64,000 nucleotides of DNA from Pedosphaera sp. (lineage in GTDB: Bacteria; Verrucomicrobiota; Verrucomicrobiia; Limisphaerales; SIBH01): NCBI GenBank assembly GCA_031414955.1, contig JANOQV010000208.1, forward strand, positions 1 through 64,000, written 5' to 3'. This document shows positions 36,018-45,936 of the stretch, piece by piece. The stretch's first letter is position 1; every line of letters begins with the position of its first letter. Below the pieces are notes generated by a model. It did not search any database and was not told the origin of the DNA. It worked only from the letters and a program-made list of their open reading frames with translations. The position numbers and the translations under genes were made by a program.

Positions 36018-37185
36018 GCCTCGCGCGACGGATTTTCCAGCCGTGGCCATGGTGGGATGCGGCGCGAACACCGCCCTGGGCGCGGGGTTGGGACCACTGC
36101 GCGCGGCCTTGCGCGCCAACCGTAGCGGCCTGCGCCACTGCGAGCAGTTCAACTCGCCGCGCTTTCAATCCAGCATCGCCGGAGAGGCTTCGCGAAATTG
36201 CGACGCAACCGCCGATGACCCCGCGTTTGAACTGGCAGACACAGCCTTGCAGGAAGCGCGCGCTCAGGCCGCCGACGTGCTCGAAGCCATCCCCGCCGCC
36301 CGCCGCGGCCTGGTGCTTTCGACCACCAAGGCCAACATCGAGGCGCTGGAACGAATCGCGGACCATCGTCCCTGCTCCGAGGCTGCGCGCCGCCATTTGC
36401 AGGCGGATCAGCTCGCCGCCGATCTGGCCGTGGCGCACGACGCGCAAGGGCCGGTGCAAACCATCTCCGTCGCCTGCGTCTCCGGTTTGGTCGCGCTCCA
36501 ACAAGGCGCGAAATTAATCCAACGCGGGGTGGCCGACGCCGTACTCGTCGTGGGCGTGGATCATCTTTCCGCTTTCGTCGTCGCCGGATTCACCTCATTG
36601 AAGGCCATCGATCCCCTCGGCTGCCGCCCCTTCGATCGCGACCGCTGCGGATTAAGTCCGGGCGAAGCTGGCGCGGCCATCGTGTTGATGCGCGCGGATC
36701 GTGTGACCCGCCCGGCCATCACCTTGCGCGGCTGGGGCACGAGCAATGACGCGAATCACATGACCGGCCCTTCGCGCGATGGTTCGGGGCTGGCCCTGGC
36801 GGTGCGCTTGGCTTTGCAGGGCGCGCAGTTGCAACCGGCCGACATTGATTACGTCAACGCCCACGGCACCGGCACGCCCTACAACGACGCCATGGAAGCG
36901 ATGGCCTTGCGCACGGTTTTTGGCGCAGCCTGTCCTCCGGTCAGCGGCGTGAAAGGGATGCTTGGCCATACCCTCGGGGCGGCCGGCGTGGTCGAAACCA
37001 TTCTCTGTGTGCTCGCGATGCAGGAGCGTCTCCTGCCCGGCACGCCGAGGCTCGGCACGCCGGCGGACGACATGCCGCCCAGTCTCGTGCGCGAGCCACG
37101 CGCGGCGACGCGGCTCCGGCATGTGCTCAAGCTCAACACCGGCTTCGGCGGTTTGAATGGCGCGCTCATTCTCAGCCATGAATGA
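36010..37185 (+). CDS. Beta-ketoacyl-ACP synthase (FabB/F-like)
   Basis: Catalytic Cys in SVACVSG, His in NAHGTGT and GHTLGA; GFGG. Confidence 0.9.
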   Translation: MPEPRATDFPAVAMVGCGANTALGAGLGPLRAALRANRSGLRHCEQFNSPRFQSSIAGEASRNCDATADDPAFELADTALQEARAQAADVLEAIPAARRGLVLSTTKANIEALERIADHRPCSEAARRHLQADQLAADLAVAHDAQGPVQTISVACVSGLVALQQGAKLIQRGVADAVLVVGVDHLSAFVVAGFTSLKAIDPLGCRPFDRDRCGLSPGEAGAAIVLMRADRVTRPAITLRGWGTSNDANHMTGPSRDGSGLALAVRLALQGAQLQPADIDYVNAHGTGTPYNDAMEAMALRTVFGAACPPVSGVKGMLGHTLGAAGVVETILCVLAMQERLLPGTPRLGTPADDMPPSLVREPRAATRLRHVLKLNTGFGGLNGALILSHE

Positions 37186-37723
37186 CCCGGTCATTACTGC
37201 TTCCAGCTTCGTGACCGCCGCCGATCTGCCTGGCGCGCGGCTCGGATCTCGTTTTGGCCGGATGGATCTGCCCAGCCAGTTGGCCCTGTTGGCGGTGGAG
37301 AACCTGGGCGTAAATTTCGACGCCTTCGCGCGCGACCGCATCGGCATCTGCCTCGCGGTGCGCGGCGGATCGCTTGCCACCGATGTCGAGTACTGGAGCG
37401 GACGCGAGGCGGCGGGCGGTCCCAGCCCGATGCTCTTCACTTACACTTTGCCCAGCGCACCCATCGGTGAGATCGCCATCCGCCACCGGTTGACCGGCCC
37501 GGACCTTTGCCTGATTGGCGACGGCACCGCGGCGCTGGCCGAAGCGCGCGACTGGTTTCGGCGGGGGGAAGTTGACGGCTGCCTCTGCGTGGTCTGCGCC
37601 GCCATCACGCCCGCCACGGCGGAGGTGATTCAAAGCCAGCCCGTGGCCGAGGCCCGGGCGTTTTTCCTGCAACGCCATGGAACAGGAGTGCCTCCTGAAC
37701 CCGGGGTGGGTCGGAGCCGGTAG
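37178..37723 (+). CDS. Truncated ketosynthase / chain-length-factor-like protein
   Basis: RFGRMD..SQLA, PSPMLFTYTLP..GEIAIR; short, lacks the His motifs; overlaps the KS stop. Confidence 0.75.
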   Translation: MNDPVITASSFVTAADLPGARLGSRFGRMDLPSQLALLAVENLGVNFDAFARDRIGICLAVRGGSLATDVEYWSGREAAGGPSPMLFTYTLPSAPIGEIAIRHRLTGPDLCLIGDGTAALAEARDWFRRGEVDGCLCVVCAAITPATAEVIQSQPVAEARAFFLQRHGTGVPPEPGVGRSR

Positions 37724-37834
37724 AGCGGGCCAGGACGGGAGGTCCAAGGTTGCTTCTCCAAATTCCAGCCCTGATCTCCAGCCCCTCAGAGCATTTTCTT
37801 GCCAACTTGCGATTCATCTACATCTTCAACCCCT

Positions 37835-38824
37835 ATGCCAGGGTCAGCCAAAGCACCGCCCGTTCAGACCATCCGGTCGGAACGTGCGCCGGCTTTTAGT
37901 GAGAAGCCGGCGTGGGCACCCGTCGGCGCTGGTTGGAGCCAGTTGCATGGCAGCTATCAGGATTTGGGCTTCAGCTTCGAGTGGCACGATTTCACTCCTC
38001 AGAAGCCCGTGGACTGGGGGCGCAGCTTCCATCCCGGCAGCATCGAGATTTGTCTGAACCTTGCCGGGCGCGGCCGGGTGACCGATGGCTCGCAGGAAAT
38101 GATTTTCTCGCCGCTCACGGCCGGCTTCTACCGGCAGGGCGCATCCAGGCTCTCGGCCAGCCGGGAGCCGGATGGGCGGCATCAGTTCCTGACTGTCGAG
38201 TTGTCGCCGGATTTTCTCCGCGCCCACCTGGCGGCGGACGATGCGAATCTGCATCCGATGGCCCGTGAAGTTCTCGAAGGCGGCGAATCCGTCTTCATGT
38301 CCGAGATCATCCGCCTGACGGCGGAGCAACAGCAGTCTGTGAGCAGCCTGCGCCATCCGCCGGTCTTCGCCAGCGCGCAACGCATCTGGTACCAGGCCAA
38401 GACTTTGGAGGTGATGGCGGCGTTTCTCTACTGCGCGCCCGCCGGCAAGGAGTTTTTTTGCCAGCGCCAACAGCGCGTGAGTCAGGACCGCGTCGAACGT
38501 GTCATCGCCATCCTGAAGAAGAACCTCGCCGAGCCGCCGACCCTCGAAGCACTGGGCACGCAGGTGGGTTGCAGTTCGTTTTACCTGAGCCGCATTTTCT
38601 CCCAGCAGATGAGCAAGACCATTTCGCAATATCTCCGCCAGTTGCGCATGGAGCGGGCGGCGGAGTTGCTGCGCGATGGCAAACTCAACGTGACCCAAGT
38701 GGCGATGGAAGTGGGCTACTCCAGTTCCAGCCACTTCAGCGTGGCGTTCCATGAGACGTTCGGCTGTTGCCCGGGACTTTATCCGCTGGCCACGCCCACC
38801 CAGCGCACCAGACAAAAACGCTGA
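37835..38824 (+). CDS. AraC family transcriptional regulator (paralog 1)
   Basis: GFSFEWHDF, SFHPGSIEICLNL, VGCSSFYLSR, VGYSSSSHFS..FHETFGCCPG. Confidence 0.92.
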   Translation: MPGSAKAPPVQTIRSERAPAFSEKPAWAPVGAGWSQLHGSYQDLGFSFEWHDFTPQKPVDWGRSFHPGSIEICLNLAGRGRVTDGSQEMIFSPLTAGFYRQGASRLSASREPDGRHQFLTVELSPDFLRAHLAADDANLHPMAREVLEGGESVFMSEIIRLTAEQQQSVSSLRHPPVFASAQRIWYQAKTLEVMAAFLYCAPAGKEFFCQRQQRVSQDRVERVIAILKKNLAEPPTLEALGTQVGCSSFYLSRIFSQQMSKTISQYLRQLRMERAAELLRDGKLNVTQVAMEVGYSSSSHFSVAFHETFGCCPGLYPLATPTQRTRQKR

Positions 38825-38863
38825 CCTGCCCGTCGTTCGTAGGTGCCCGGCCCTTCTTGAATC

Positions 38864-39502
38864 TCAACGCTGCCGCCAGGTCAGCGCGGTGTTGTGGCTG
38901 GTCTGATCGTAGGCGCGGCCGGCATGGAATCCCGCCACGGATTCCCGGTAGTGGGCAATGGTGAGAAGATGCTGGCCGCTCTGGTCTGATTGGAAGCGGA
39001 TGAAGCCTTCCGCGTCGGCGGTCAGTTCCTTCTCTTTCTCATCCGGCGTGCGCAGCGTGGCTTTCAGTCCGCCCAGCGGCCGGCCGCGAAAATAGACTCG
39101 CACCTCACCCGGCTTCCCGGTCGGCACCAGATCAAACGTGAGCATCGGCTGGCCCGCGCCCGCGCCCGCCGGCTGCCAGCGCGCGTAGAAGTGCGGCTTG
39201 CGGGCCGCGCGCACGGTGAAGATGGATTCACACCCGGCCACATTGGTGGGCGAGGCGTTCACCATCAGGAAATGGTTTGTCTTCTTCGGTGAATCGAGGA
39301 GCGCGGGCGCATTCGTGCCCGCGACCGTGAAGGCCGACGGCGCAGTGAGGCTGTCGAGATGCCCCGGCGACTTCTCGAAATTCCCATCCGGCTCGGCGAA
39401 GCGGATGACAAGCTGGCCATCCATCGGTTCGATCCAGACGGTGTGGGCGAAGGTGTGGGTGACCAGCAACAGCGCGGTGAGAGAGGCGAAGAAACAGTTC
39501 AT
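38864..39502 (-). CDS. Secreted DUF4198-like protein
   Basis: Signal peptide followed by AHTVWIEP; LVP..G...VYFRGRPL; TADAEG.I.F. Confidence 0.65.
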   Translation of the reverse strand: MNCFFASLTALLLVTHTFAHTVWIEPMDGQLVIRFAEPDGNFEKSPGHLDSLTAPSAFTVAGTNAPALLDSPKKTNHFLMVNASPTNVAGCESIFTVRAARKPHFYARWQPAGAGAGQPMLTFDLVPTGKPGEVRVYFRGRPLGGLKATLRTPDEKEKELTADAEGFIRFQSDQSGQHLLTIAHYRESVAGFHAGRAYDQTSHNTALTWRQR

Positions 39503-39516
39503 GAATGAGTGACGGT

Positions 39517-39680
39517 AAAAAATTCCAAAACTCAAAATCCAAATCCCAAACAAATCCCAGGATCCAAAATTTCAAACTCCCCCGGCGCGGGATGAATCGA
39601 GCGTCCCGAGGCGGCGGCAGCGATTGGATTTTGGACCATTGGAATTTGTTTGGAGTTTGGGATTTGGGATTTGGAGTTTC
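39517..39680. repeat. Inverted pair of heptamer tandem arrays (AAATCCC/GGGATTT)
   Basis: CCAAA-rich arm 39517-39580, GC-rich spacer, TTTGG-rich arm 39624-39680. Confidence 0.8.
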
Positions 39681-39682
39681 GG

Positions 39683-40741
39683 CTACTGGGCCACAACGGT
39701 TCCGGGAGCAACCACACTCACCGCCCGCGCCGATTCCGTCGGCGTCAGCAATTCCAAATCCGCCCGCTTCTCCTCGCCCTCGCCGCCGAGCACGATGAGT
39801 TGCGTCGCGCCGGCCGTCACCAGCCTGTGCGAAAGGCGCGGATGCTGCACCCGGCCCACGATTTCCCACGCGCTTCCGTCCGCGGCGAGCCGCAGCAAGT
39901 CGCCTTGAAAGGCATTCGCGTAAATGCGTCCGCCCTGCGCGATGGCCGAGCAACTGAAGCCCTTGTGTTTGCCCGGCGGCAGTTCCGGCCCCTTCGACCA
40001 TTGGCCGGTGGCGGTGTCAAAAATCTCCACGGCCAGCGTCGTCGCGTTGTCACTGTCCATGCCGCCGATGCAGTAGAGGCGCGCGCCTTGCGCGGCGAGC
40101 GCGAGGGCGCGGCGTTGGAACGGCTGCGGAAATTCCCGCCAGCCCGCGCGCGGATTCTTGAGATCAAAGACCAGCGCGTTCGCCGGCCACGCCGGCTTGT
40201 TCGTGCCGCCCGCGAGTTGCCAGCCGCCCGCCACGTAAACCTTGTCCCCCAGCACGGCGGCGTCGTGGCTCGAACGCACCGCCGGCAGCGGCGTTAGGTT
40301 TTCCCATTGCCCGCGCTTTGGATCGAAGCGCTGGAAGTGCGCGGTGGAAAACAAATCCTGTTTCGCGCTCGCGGCATTGCGCGCCGCCATGCCGCCGATG
40401 CGATAGACCGCGCCTTGATGCGTGACCAGCGGCAATCCCTGCGAGGGCGCGGCCCCGGGCAATTTCTCCCACGCACCGCCGTCGCTCAGGCGCAGCCGGT
40501 GAAAACTGCCGCTGACCATCTCCGCCGAATACTCATGGCGCTCACCCTTGTGCCCCCCGAAGACGTAGAGCCAGCCCTCGGCGGTAACAGCGCCAAAACT
40601 GGTCACCGCCTCGGGCATGGGCGCGAGGGTCGCGGGCAGCTTGGTTTGTGGCGTGGCGTCTGAGACCGGCCCGGTCGAGCAGCCGAACGGCACGATGGCG
40701 GCCCCGGCCAGCATCAGAGTGATAACAATTTGCATCTTCAT
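39683..40741 (-). CDS. Kelch repeat lipoprotein
   Basis: Lipobox-like PFGC; LYVFGG, VYRIGG, VYVAGG, LYCIGG repeats with downstream W. Confidence 0.85.
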   Translation of the reverse strand: MKMQIVITLMLAGAAIVPFGCSTGPVSDATPQTKLPATLAPMPEAVTSFGAVTAEGWLYVFGGHKGERHEYSAEMVSGSFHRLRLSDGGAWEKLPGAAPSQGLPLVTHQGAVYRIGGMAARNAASAKQDLFSTAHFQRFDPKRGQWENLTPLPAVRSSHDAAVLGDKVYVAGGWQLAGGTNKPAWPANALVFDLKNPRAGWREFPQPFQRRALALAAQGARLYCIGGMDSDNATTLAVEIFDTATGQWSKGPELPPGKHKGFSCSAIAQGGRIYANAFQGDLLRLAADGSAWEIVGRVQHPRLSHRLVTAGATQLIVLGGEGEEKRADLELLTPTESARAVSVVAPGTVVAQ

Positions 40742-40750
40742 TTGCCGACA

Positions 40751-40874
40751 AGGCTAGCGTGACGAGCGGTCCCGCGCTTTCGGAAGGTTGCGGAAGGTTG
40801 ACGCGATCTTGCGCAAGCCTCCGCCAATAAATGGCAAGCGAACGAAAGCGGACTGGACGGCACCGGCCTACGCT
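40751..40874. promoter_or_regulatory. Divergent promoters, each with a GCAAG-N16-GCAA(G/C) direct repeat (putative AraC sites)
   Basis: Minus strand GCAAG 40812 / GCAAC 40791, -10 TAGCCT 40756; plus strand GCAAG 40813 / 40834, -10 TACGCT 40869. Confidence 0.7.
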
Positions 40875-40880
40875 GCCGGG

Positions 40881-41708
40881 GTGAAAGAGTCGCCAAAATT
40901 GAGGCCGGCGGGGTTCACCCTGATTGAACTGCTGGTCGTCATTGCCATCATCGCCGTGCTGGCCAGCCTGCTGCTGCCCGCGCTGGGCCGGGGCAAGCAG
41001 CGCGCGAAACAGATCAATGAACTGAACGCCGCGCGGCAGTCGATGATCGCCTGGCAGCTTTACGCGGACGACAATGAAGACCAGGTGTTGCCCGGCTACA
41101 CTTCGCAGGTTGAGGCGATTGATGATCAGGGTAACACGCTCGGCAGCCCCATTCGTGACCGCTACCCGTGGCGGCTCGCGCCTTCGCTGGCCAACAACTT
41201 CCACTGCATCTACGTGAACGAGTCACGGCGGTTTCTCGAGGAAGCGGAGTCGATGTCCCACGCGGACTACGTTTACCGCGCCAGCCTTTATCCGAGCCTT
41301 GGATACAACACCGTGTTCCTTGGCGGTGATGAGGCGAAGTTCAATCCCGCGCTGGCCGCCGCTTCCTTCGGCACGGACTGGCTGGTCACGCGCACGTCGC
41401 AAATCCAAAGGCCCAGCGACTTGATCGCGTTCGCCTCTGCGCGCTCGAAACCCGGCGGCACGCGCGATGAGGCGGGTTACTACGCCGTGCATCCGCCGTA
41501 TCTCGTCACGCACCAATGGGACGCGGCGTTCTCCACCGCCCGTCCGCCGGAGAAATTTGGCTACGTGCATCCGCGCTGGAGCGGGCGTGCGGTCACGGCG
41601 ATGACGGATGGCCATGCCGAGTCGTTGAATCAGACCGAACTTCAGGACATGCGCCACTGGGGCAACACGGCCGACCGGCCGGACTGGACGATCCGGGCGC
41701 TGCCGTGA
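40881..41708 (+). CDS. Prepilin-type N-terminal cleavage/methylation protein (DUF1559 / H-X9-DG-like)
   Basis: GFTLIELLVVIAIIAVLASLLLPAL; YADDN; C-terminal RWSGRAVTAMTDGHAE. Confidence 0.88.
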   Translation: MKESPKLRPAGFTLIELLVVIAIIAVLASLLLPALGRGKQRAKQINELNAARQSMIAWQLYADDNEDQVLPGYTSQVEAIDDQGNTLGSPIRDRYPWRLAPSLANNFHCIYVNESRRFLEEAESMSHADYVYRASLYPSLGYNTVFLGGDEAKFNPALAAASFGTDWLVTRTSQIQRPSDLIAFASARSKPGGTRDEAGYYAVHPPYLVTHQWDAAFSTARPPEKFGYVHPRWSGRAVTAMTDGHAESLNQTELQDMRHWGNTADRPDWTIRALP

Positions 41709-41710
41709 GG

Positions 41711-42001
41711 AACTCCAAACTTCAAAATCCAAACCGAAGCGCGATGTTCGTCGGCTGCGGAGTGCGCGCTGGCTTGCGCCGGCGACAAGGTGCCGGTGGA
41801 AAAGGAGGTGACAAGTCACCGCACTCCACCTGCTCCGCGCAACTTGAGACATGGCGTGCCTCGCGGCAGCGTCTGAAGCACGGTCGATGCACCGCCGCCT
41901 GCTCCGATTCCTTCCCGCGCCAATCGCACAGCCGGCAGTTGGAGTTTGGTGTTTGGGATTTGGAGCTTGTTTGGATTTTGGGATTTGGAGTTTGGAGTTT
42001 T
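41711..42001. repeat. Heptamer array arms enclosing a REP-like palindrome pair
   Basis: CCAAA arm 41711-41733; GGAGTGCG...CGCACTCC at 41759-41827; TTTGGAG/TTTGGGA arm 41938-42001. Confidence 0.7.
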
Positions 42002-42015
42002 CCCCACTGTGAGCC

Positions 42016-43038
42016 GTGAACCGTGAACCGCAGTCCCGCCGAAAGCTCGACCTGCGGGCGGACGGAGCGCCACCCACGGCGGAACCGTTTGGCGAAGCCG
42101 CAGCCTGGCGCAGCGTGGGCGCGGGCTGGCGTCCGCTTTTTGGCAGCTATCGCGAACTCGGCTTCAGCTTCGAGTGGCACGACTTTTCCTCCGCGAAACC
42201 GCTCGACTGGGCGGCGAGCTTTCATCCCGGCAGTCTGGAACTGTGCCTGAACCTGGAAGGCACCGGACGCATCGTGAGCGACGAAGGCACGACCGAACTG
42301 CCGCCGCGCGCCTGCTCCTTCTATTTCCAAGGCGAGCCGCCGCTGGCTGCCTCGCGCCGGGCGGGCGAGACACATCGTTTCATCACCGTGGAATTCGCGC
42401 CGGATTTTTTGCGGAAAAATTTCGCGGATCAGGAATCGATGCTGCACGACACGGTGCGAGCGGTGGCCCGGGGTGAAGCGCGCGAGTCGTTCGTGCAGAT
42501 ACCGGGCCGGCTCACAACATCGCTGGTGCAACTCGTGGACAGCCTGCGGCATTGCCCCGTGTTCACACCCGCCCAGGGCGTGTGGTTCCGCTGCAAGGCC
42601 ATCGAAGCCGCCACGCACGTCCTCTTTCGTCCGCCCGGCGGGGACCTCTTCTGCACACGCACCCAGCGTGCTTCGCGCGAGCGCGTGGAGAAGGCGCGGG
42701 AAATCATCCGCCAGCGACTGGCCGACATGCCCTCGCTGGAAGAGCTGGCGAAGCTGGTCGGGTGCAGCCCGTTCTACCTCAGCCGCCAGTTCTCGCAGGA
42801 GACGGGCCTGACCATGCAAAAGTTCGTCCGCCAGATTCGCATGGAGCGCGCGGCGGAACTGCTCCGCACCGGCCAGTGCAACGTGACCGAGGCCGCGCTT
42901 GAAGTTGGCTACAACAGCCTGAGCCATTTCAGTTCCGTCTTTCACGAGACGTTTGGCTGCTGCCCCGGACTGTTCCCGCTCAGGACGCCGGCGCAGGGTG
43001 GTGGAAGTGCTCGCGCCGCGAGCACTCCGCCCGCGTAG
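42016..43038 (+). CDS. AraC family transcriptional regulator (paralog 2)
   Basis: Same motifs as 37835-38824: GFSFEWHDF, SFHPGSLELCLNL, VGCSPFYLSR, FHETFGCCPG. Confidence 0.92.
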   Translation: MNREPQSRRKLDLRADGAPPTAEPFGEAAAWRSVGAGWRPLFGSYRELGFSFEWHDFSSAKPLDWAASFHPGSLELCLNLEGTGRIVSDEGTTELPPRACSFYFQGEPPLAASRRAGETHRFITVEFAPDFLRKNFADQESMLHDTVRAVARGEARESFVQIPGRLTTSLVQLVDSLRHCPVFTPAQGVWFRCKAIEAATHVLFRPPGGDLFCTRTQRASRERVEKAREIIRQRLADMPSLEELAKLVGCSPFYLSRQFSQETGLTMQKFVRQIRMERAAELLRTGQCNVTEAALEVGYNSLSHFSSVFHETFGCCPGLFPLRTPAQGGGSARAASTPPA

Positions 43039-43142
43039 AGCGGGCGGATCGGACTGGACAGGCGCGTTGGCCAGTCTGTTGCGCCGCTCTGCGCTGCGCG
43101 GCGGCTCGCAGCGCGAGCCGTTCCACCTCGTTGGTTGTGCGG

Positions 43143-44924
43143 CTACGGCGTTGCGCGCACGCGGTAGAAGCGGTTCGTCGTCGCGCCAGAAGTGTCGCGC
43201 CAGAGGGCGGTGCCGGATTCGAGTTCGAAGACGGGGGCGTTGGTCAGGGTCAGCCAGCTTTGGAAATCACCGGTGTATTCGAGGGCGTACGTCCGGTGCG
43301 CGGCGTGCGGAAAACGCAACGTGGTCGTGTCACCGTCGCGTGTCATGGAGAGGATGCGCAGCGCGTTCGTGGCGTTTGACGGATTCGTGCCCGCGCGGAA
43401 CTCCTTGAGGTTCGACGCGCCATCGGCGTCGGAGTCCGCCGCGCCGTTGCCGGTGAGTCCGTTCAACTGAAACAGTTCCCAGTCATCAGGCAATCCGTCC
43501 GCGTCCAGATCGCCCGCGCCCGACACGACGCCATCAATCTCCAGCCGCGTCGGGTTGAGCACCGCCTCGTTGAAGTGCGTGACAAAATCCGGGTAGCTCG
43601 GCCCACCGAACTGCCCGCCGCTGAGGTGCAGCGAGGAAACCATGAGGCGCAGATGGCCGGTGTGCAGGGCGGATTGCACGTAGGCCAGCACGAACGGATC
43701 GGCGAGGTTGAGATCGAAGGTGATCTTCGCGCCCACCGGCACGAGCTGGCCGGGCGCGACGTTGGTGGTCTGGCCGACGGCGAAGGGCTGCACTTCAAAG
43801 CGCGGAAAGGCGGCGTTGGTCTTGCCGACATTGTTGCCCACATCGACGAGCGTCCCGTTGGTGGACCAGCCCGCTGCAAAAGCGTTGCGCTGGCCCGGCG
43901 CGTCGGAACCAAGGAGCGCGCATGGATCGAAAGTCACGGCGTTGAAGCCGTTGCGGTAGCCCGCGCCGAACAGTTCCACAGGGCGACCGGCATCGCTGTC
44001 GGTCACGTACGAAGGATGATTCGTCTCGAAGTAGGTGAAGAAATGATCATGCGTCGGATCGTAGATGAAGATGTTGCCGCGATTGATGGTGAGCGTGACG
44101 CGGGCGCGGGTGAGCAGATAATTCGCCGGGCCGCGATTGGTCGGCAGCAGCAGGCCCGTGTCCCAGCCGATGAGGTGCTGCGCAAGGCGCGTGTCCACAC
44201 CCGAGTCGTCGCCGAAGACGCCGAAGGTTGACCCTGCCGGACGATCGCAGGGCGCGGCGTTGTTGGCATACATCCAGCGCTCGATGACGGGTGCGGTGTC
44301 GTTGACGTGAAACGGCTGGGTGAACAGCAGCATCGAGTTGGTCGAAGTGTCGAGGGTGAGTGAATCGAAGCTCGTGCTCGGACCCGCCGCGTGGAACGCG
44401 ATGACGAAGGTGCTGATGTTCGATCCGGTCAGATTCCACTGCCACAGCGAGGACACGGTCGCGCCGAGTCCCGGCTGGTTGCCACGATTCAGTTCCACGC
44501 GTGGCAGCGGCGCGAGCGTGTGCGTGCCGAACTCGTTCGTGAACGAGAGTGTCATGGAGTTGTAATCCAGTTCGGTTCCCAACGTACGGGTTTGCAACAC
44601 CACGGTGCCGAGTGTGAACGGCGTGGCGTTGCTCAGCGTGAACGCGCTTGTCCCGTTGAGGTTGTAGATGTTGCCGCTGCCGGTAAGGAAGGCGGTCGGG
44701 CTGGTCTGCGTGAGCAGGGCGCCGGTGGTGGCTCCGGGCTTGTCCGGCAGATTGCCGGGAGCGCCGACCGCAGTGGAAAATGTTTCCCAGTAGCCCGCCT
44801 GGCTTTTCGCCGAGCCGCGGAAGGGGGGCACGATGAAGCCGTTGGTGCCGGCGCGCAGCGGAAGAGTGGCGAGGCACACGCCCACGGCGACGAGCAAAGG
44901 AACGAAAGCGAACTTCAATTTCAT
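43143..44924 (-). CDS. Secreted hypothetical protein with DxDxDG repeats and a terminal FYRV domain
   Basis: Signal peptide MKLKFAF...; DLDADGLPDDWE, DSDADGASNLKEF.AGTNP; ends NRFYRVRATP. Confidence 0.8.
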   Translation of the reverse strand: MKLKFAFVPLLVAVGVCLATLPLRAGTNGFIVPPFRGSAKSQAGYWETFSTAVGAPGNLPDKPGATTGALLTQTSPTAFLTGSGNIYNLNGTSAFTLSNATPFTLGTVVLQTRTLGTELDYNSMTLSFTNEFGTHTLAPLPRVELNRGNQPGLGATVSSLWQWNLTGSNISTFVIAFHAAGPSTSFDSLTLDTSTNSMLLFTQPFHVNDTAPVIERWMYANNAAPCDRPAGSTFGVFGDDSGVDTRLAQHLIGWDTGLLLPTNRGPANYLLTRARVTLTINRGNIFIYDPTHDHFFTYFETNHPSYVTDSDAGRPVELFGAGYRNGFNAVTFDPCALLGSDAPGQRNAFAAGWSTNGTLVDVGNNVGKTNAAFPRFEVQPFAVGQTTNVAPGQLVPVGAKITFDLNLADPFVLAYVQSALHTGHLRLMVSSLHLSGGQFGGPSYPDFVTHFNEAVLNPTRLEIDGVVSGAGDLDADGLPDDWELFQLNGLTGNGAADSDADGASNLKEFRAGTNPSNATNALRILSMTRDGDTTTLRFPHAAHRTYALEYTGDFQSWLTLTNAPVFELESGTALWRDTSGATTNRFYRVRATP

Positions 44925-44931
44925 GCCGCGC

Positions 44932-45089
44932 ACCGTAGCGGACTTGCGCCGCGCGCCGCTCCCGGTTCGTTGCCAAAGGTTTGCGGAGTCTTGCACGCGC
45001 CGGCCTCCGCGAGGCGGAACGGAGGATCGCAAGCCACCGCTAAGAAATCGCAAGCCAACGAATGCCGGCCTGCGCGCCCTGGGTAGGAT
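44932..45089. promoter_or_regulatory. Divergent promoters, each with a GCAAG-N16-GCAA(G/C) direct repeat (putative AraC sites)
   Basis: Minus strand GCAAG 44994 / GCAAC 44973, -10 TACGGT 44937; plus strand GCAAG 45029 / 45050, -10 TAGGAT 45084. Confidence 0.7.
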
Positions 45090-45096
45090 GTCCGGT

Positions 45097-45936
45097 ATGA
45101 AATTGAACCGAGACACCATCAGAAACATGACCGGGACGCTGGTCCTGGCCGTTTGCGCAACCCTCATGCCCCGGGCCTCCGCCAACGAACGGATTTTCAC
45201 CTACAGCTACGAGCCGGAAACAATTCCCCAAGGCGTGTTCGAGGTGGAGCAGTGGGCGACCTGGCGGGCCGGGCGCAACGCCGCCGTCGGGCAGCAGGAC
45301 TACTCCCGTTGGGTCTTCCGCACCGAATTTGAATACGGCGTGACCGACAACTACACCGTGGCCCTCTACGTGAACGAGCAGTACGAGAGCTACCGCCATC
45401 CGGCCACGGGCGAGAAGACGCGCGACCTTTCCTGGAAGGGCTTTTCGCTGGAGAACAAGTACATGGTGCTCAATCCGGCCACCAAGCCCGTGGGACTCTC
45501 CCTGTATCTGGAGCCGACCTACGACGGCGAGAACATGGAACTGGAGCAGAAGATCATCCTCGGTCAGCGCCACGGCGACTGGAAGTGGGCGCTCAACTTC
45601 ACTCACGCCACGGAGTGGGAGCATCATTTCACGGAGATGAAGGGTGAAATCGAAATCACCGCCGGCCTCGCTTATGCCCTGGGCAAAAACTGGTCCATCG
45701 GCCTGGAGGCGCGGAACCACAACAATCTGCCCGAGTATGAAAAATGGGCGAACAGCGCGCTCTACCTCGGCCCGGTGATCAATTACCGCCACGAAAGATG
45801 GTGGGCCACGCTGACCGTGATGCCGCAGATCTGGGGTGAGAATTTCCACCCGGAAAATCCCGACCGCAACCGCAACCTGGATCTCAAGAGCCACGAACGT
45901 TGGAACTCACGGCTCATCGTCGGGGTTTCCTTCTGA
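45097..45936 (+). CDS. Putative outer-membrane beta-barrel/porin (DUF6662-like)
   Basis: Signal peptide; FTYSYEPET.P.G..E.EQW; EFEYGVTD; amphipathic strands; terminal Phe. Confidence 0.78.
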   Translation: MKLNRDTIRNMTGTLVLAVCATLMPRASANERIFTYSYEPETIPQGVFEVEQWATWRAGRNAAVGQQDYSRWVFRTEFEYGVTDNYTVALYVNEQYESYRHPATGEKTRDLSWKGFSLENKYMVLNPATKPVGLSLYLEPTYDGENMELEQKIILGQRHGDWKWALNFTHATEWEHHFTEMKGEIEITAGLAYALGKNWSIGLEARNHNNLPEYEKWANSALYLGPVINYRHERWWATLTVMPQIWGENFHPENPDRNRNLDLKSHERWNSRLIVGVSF

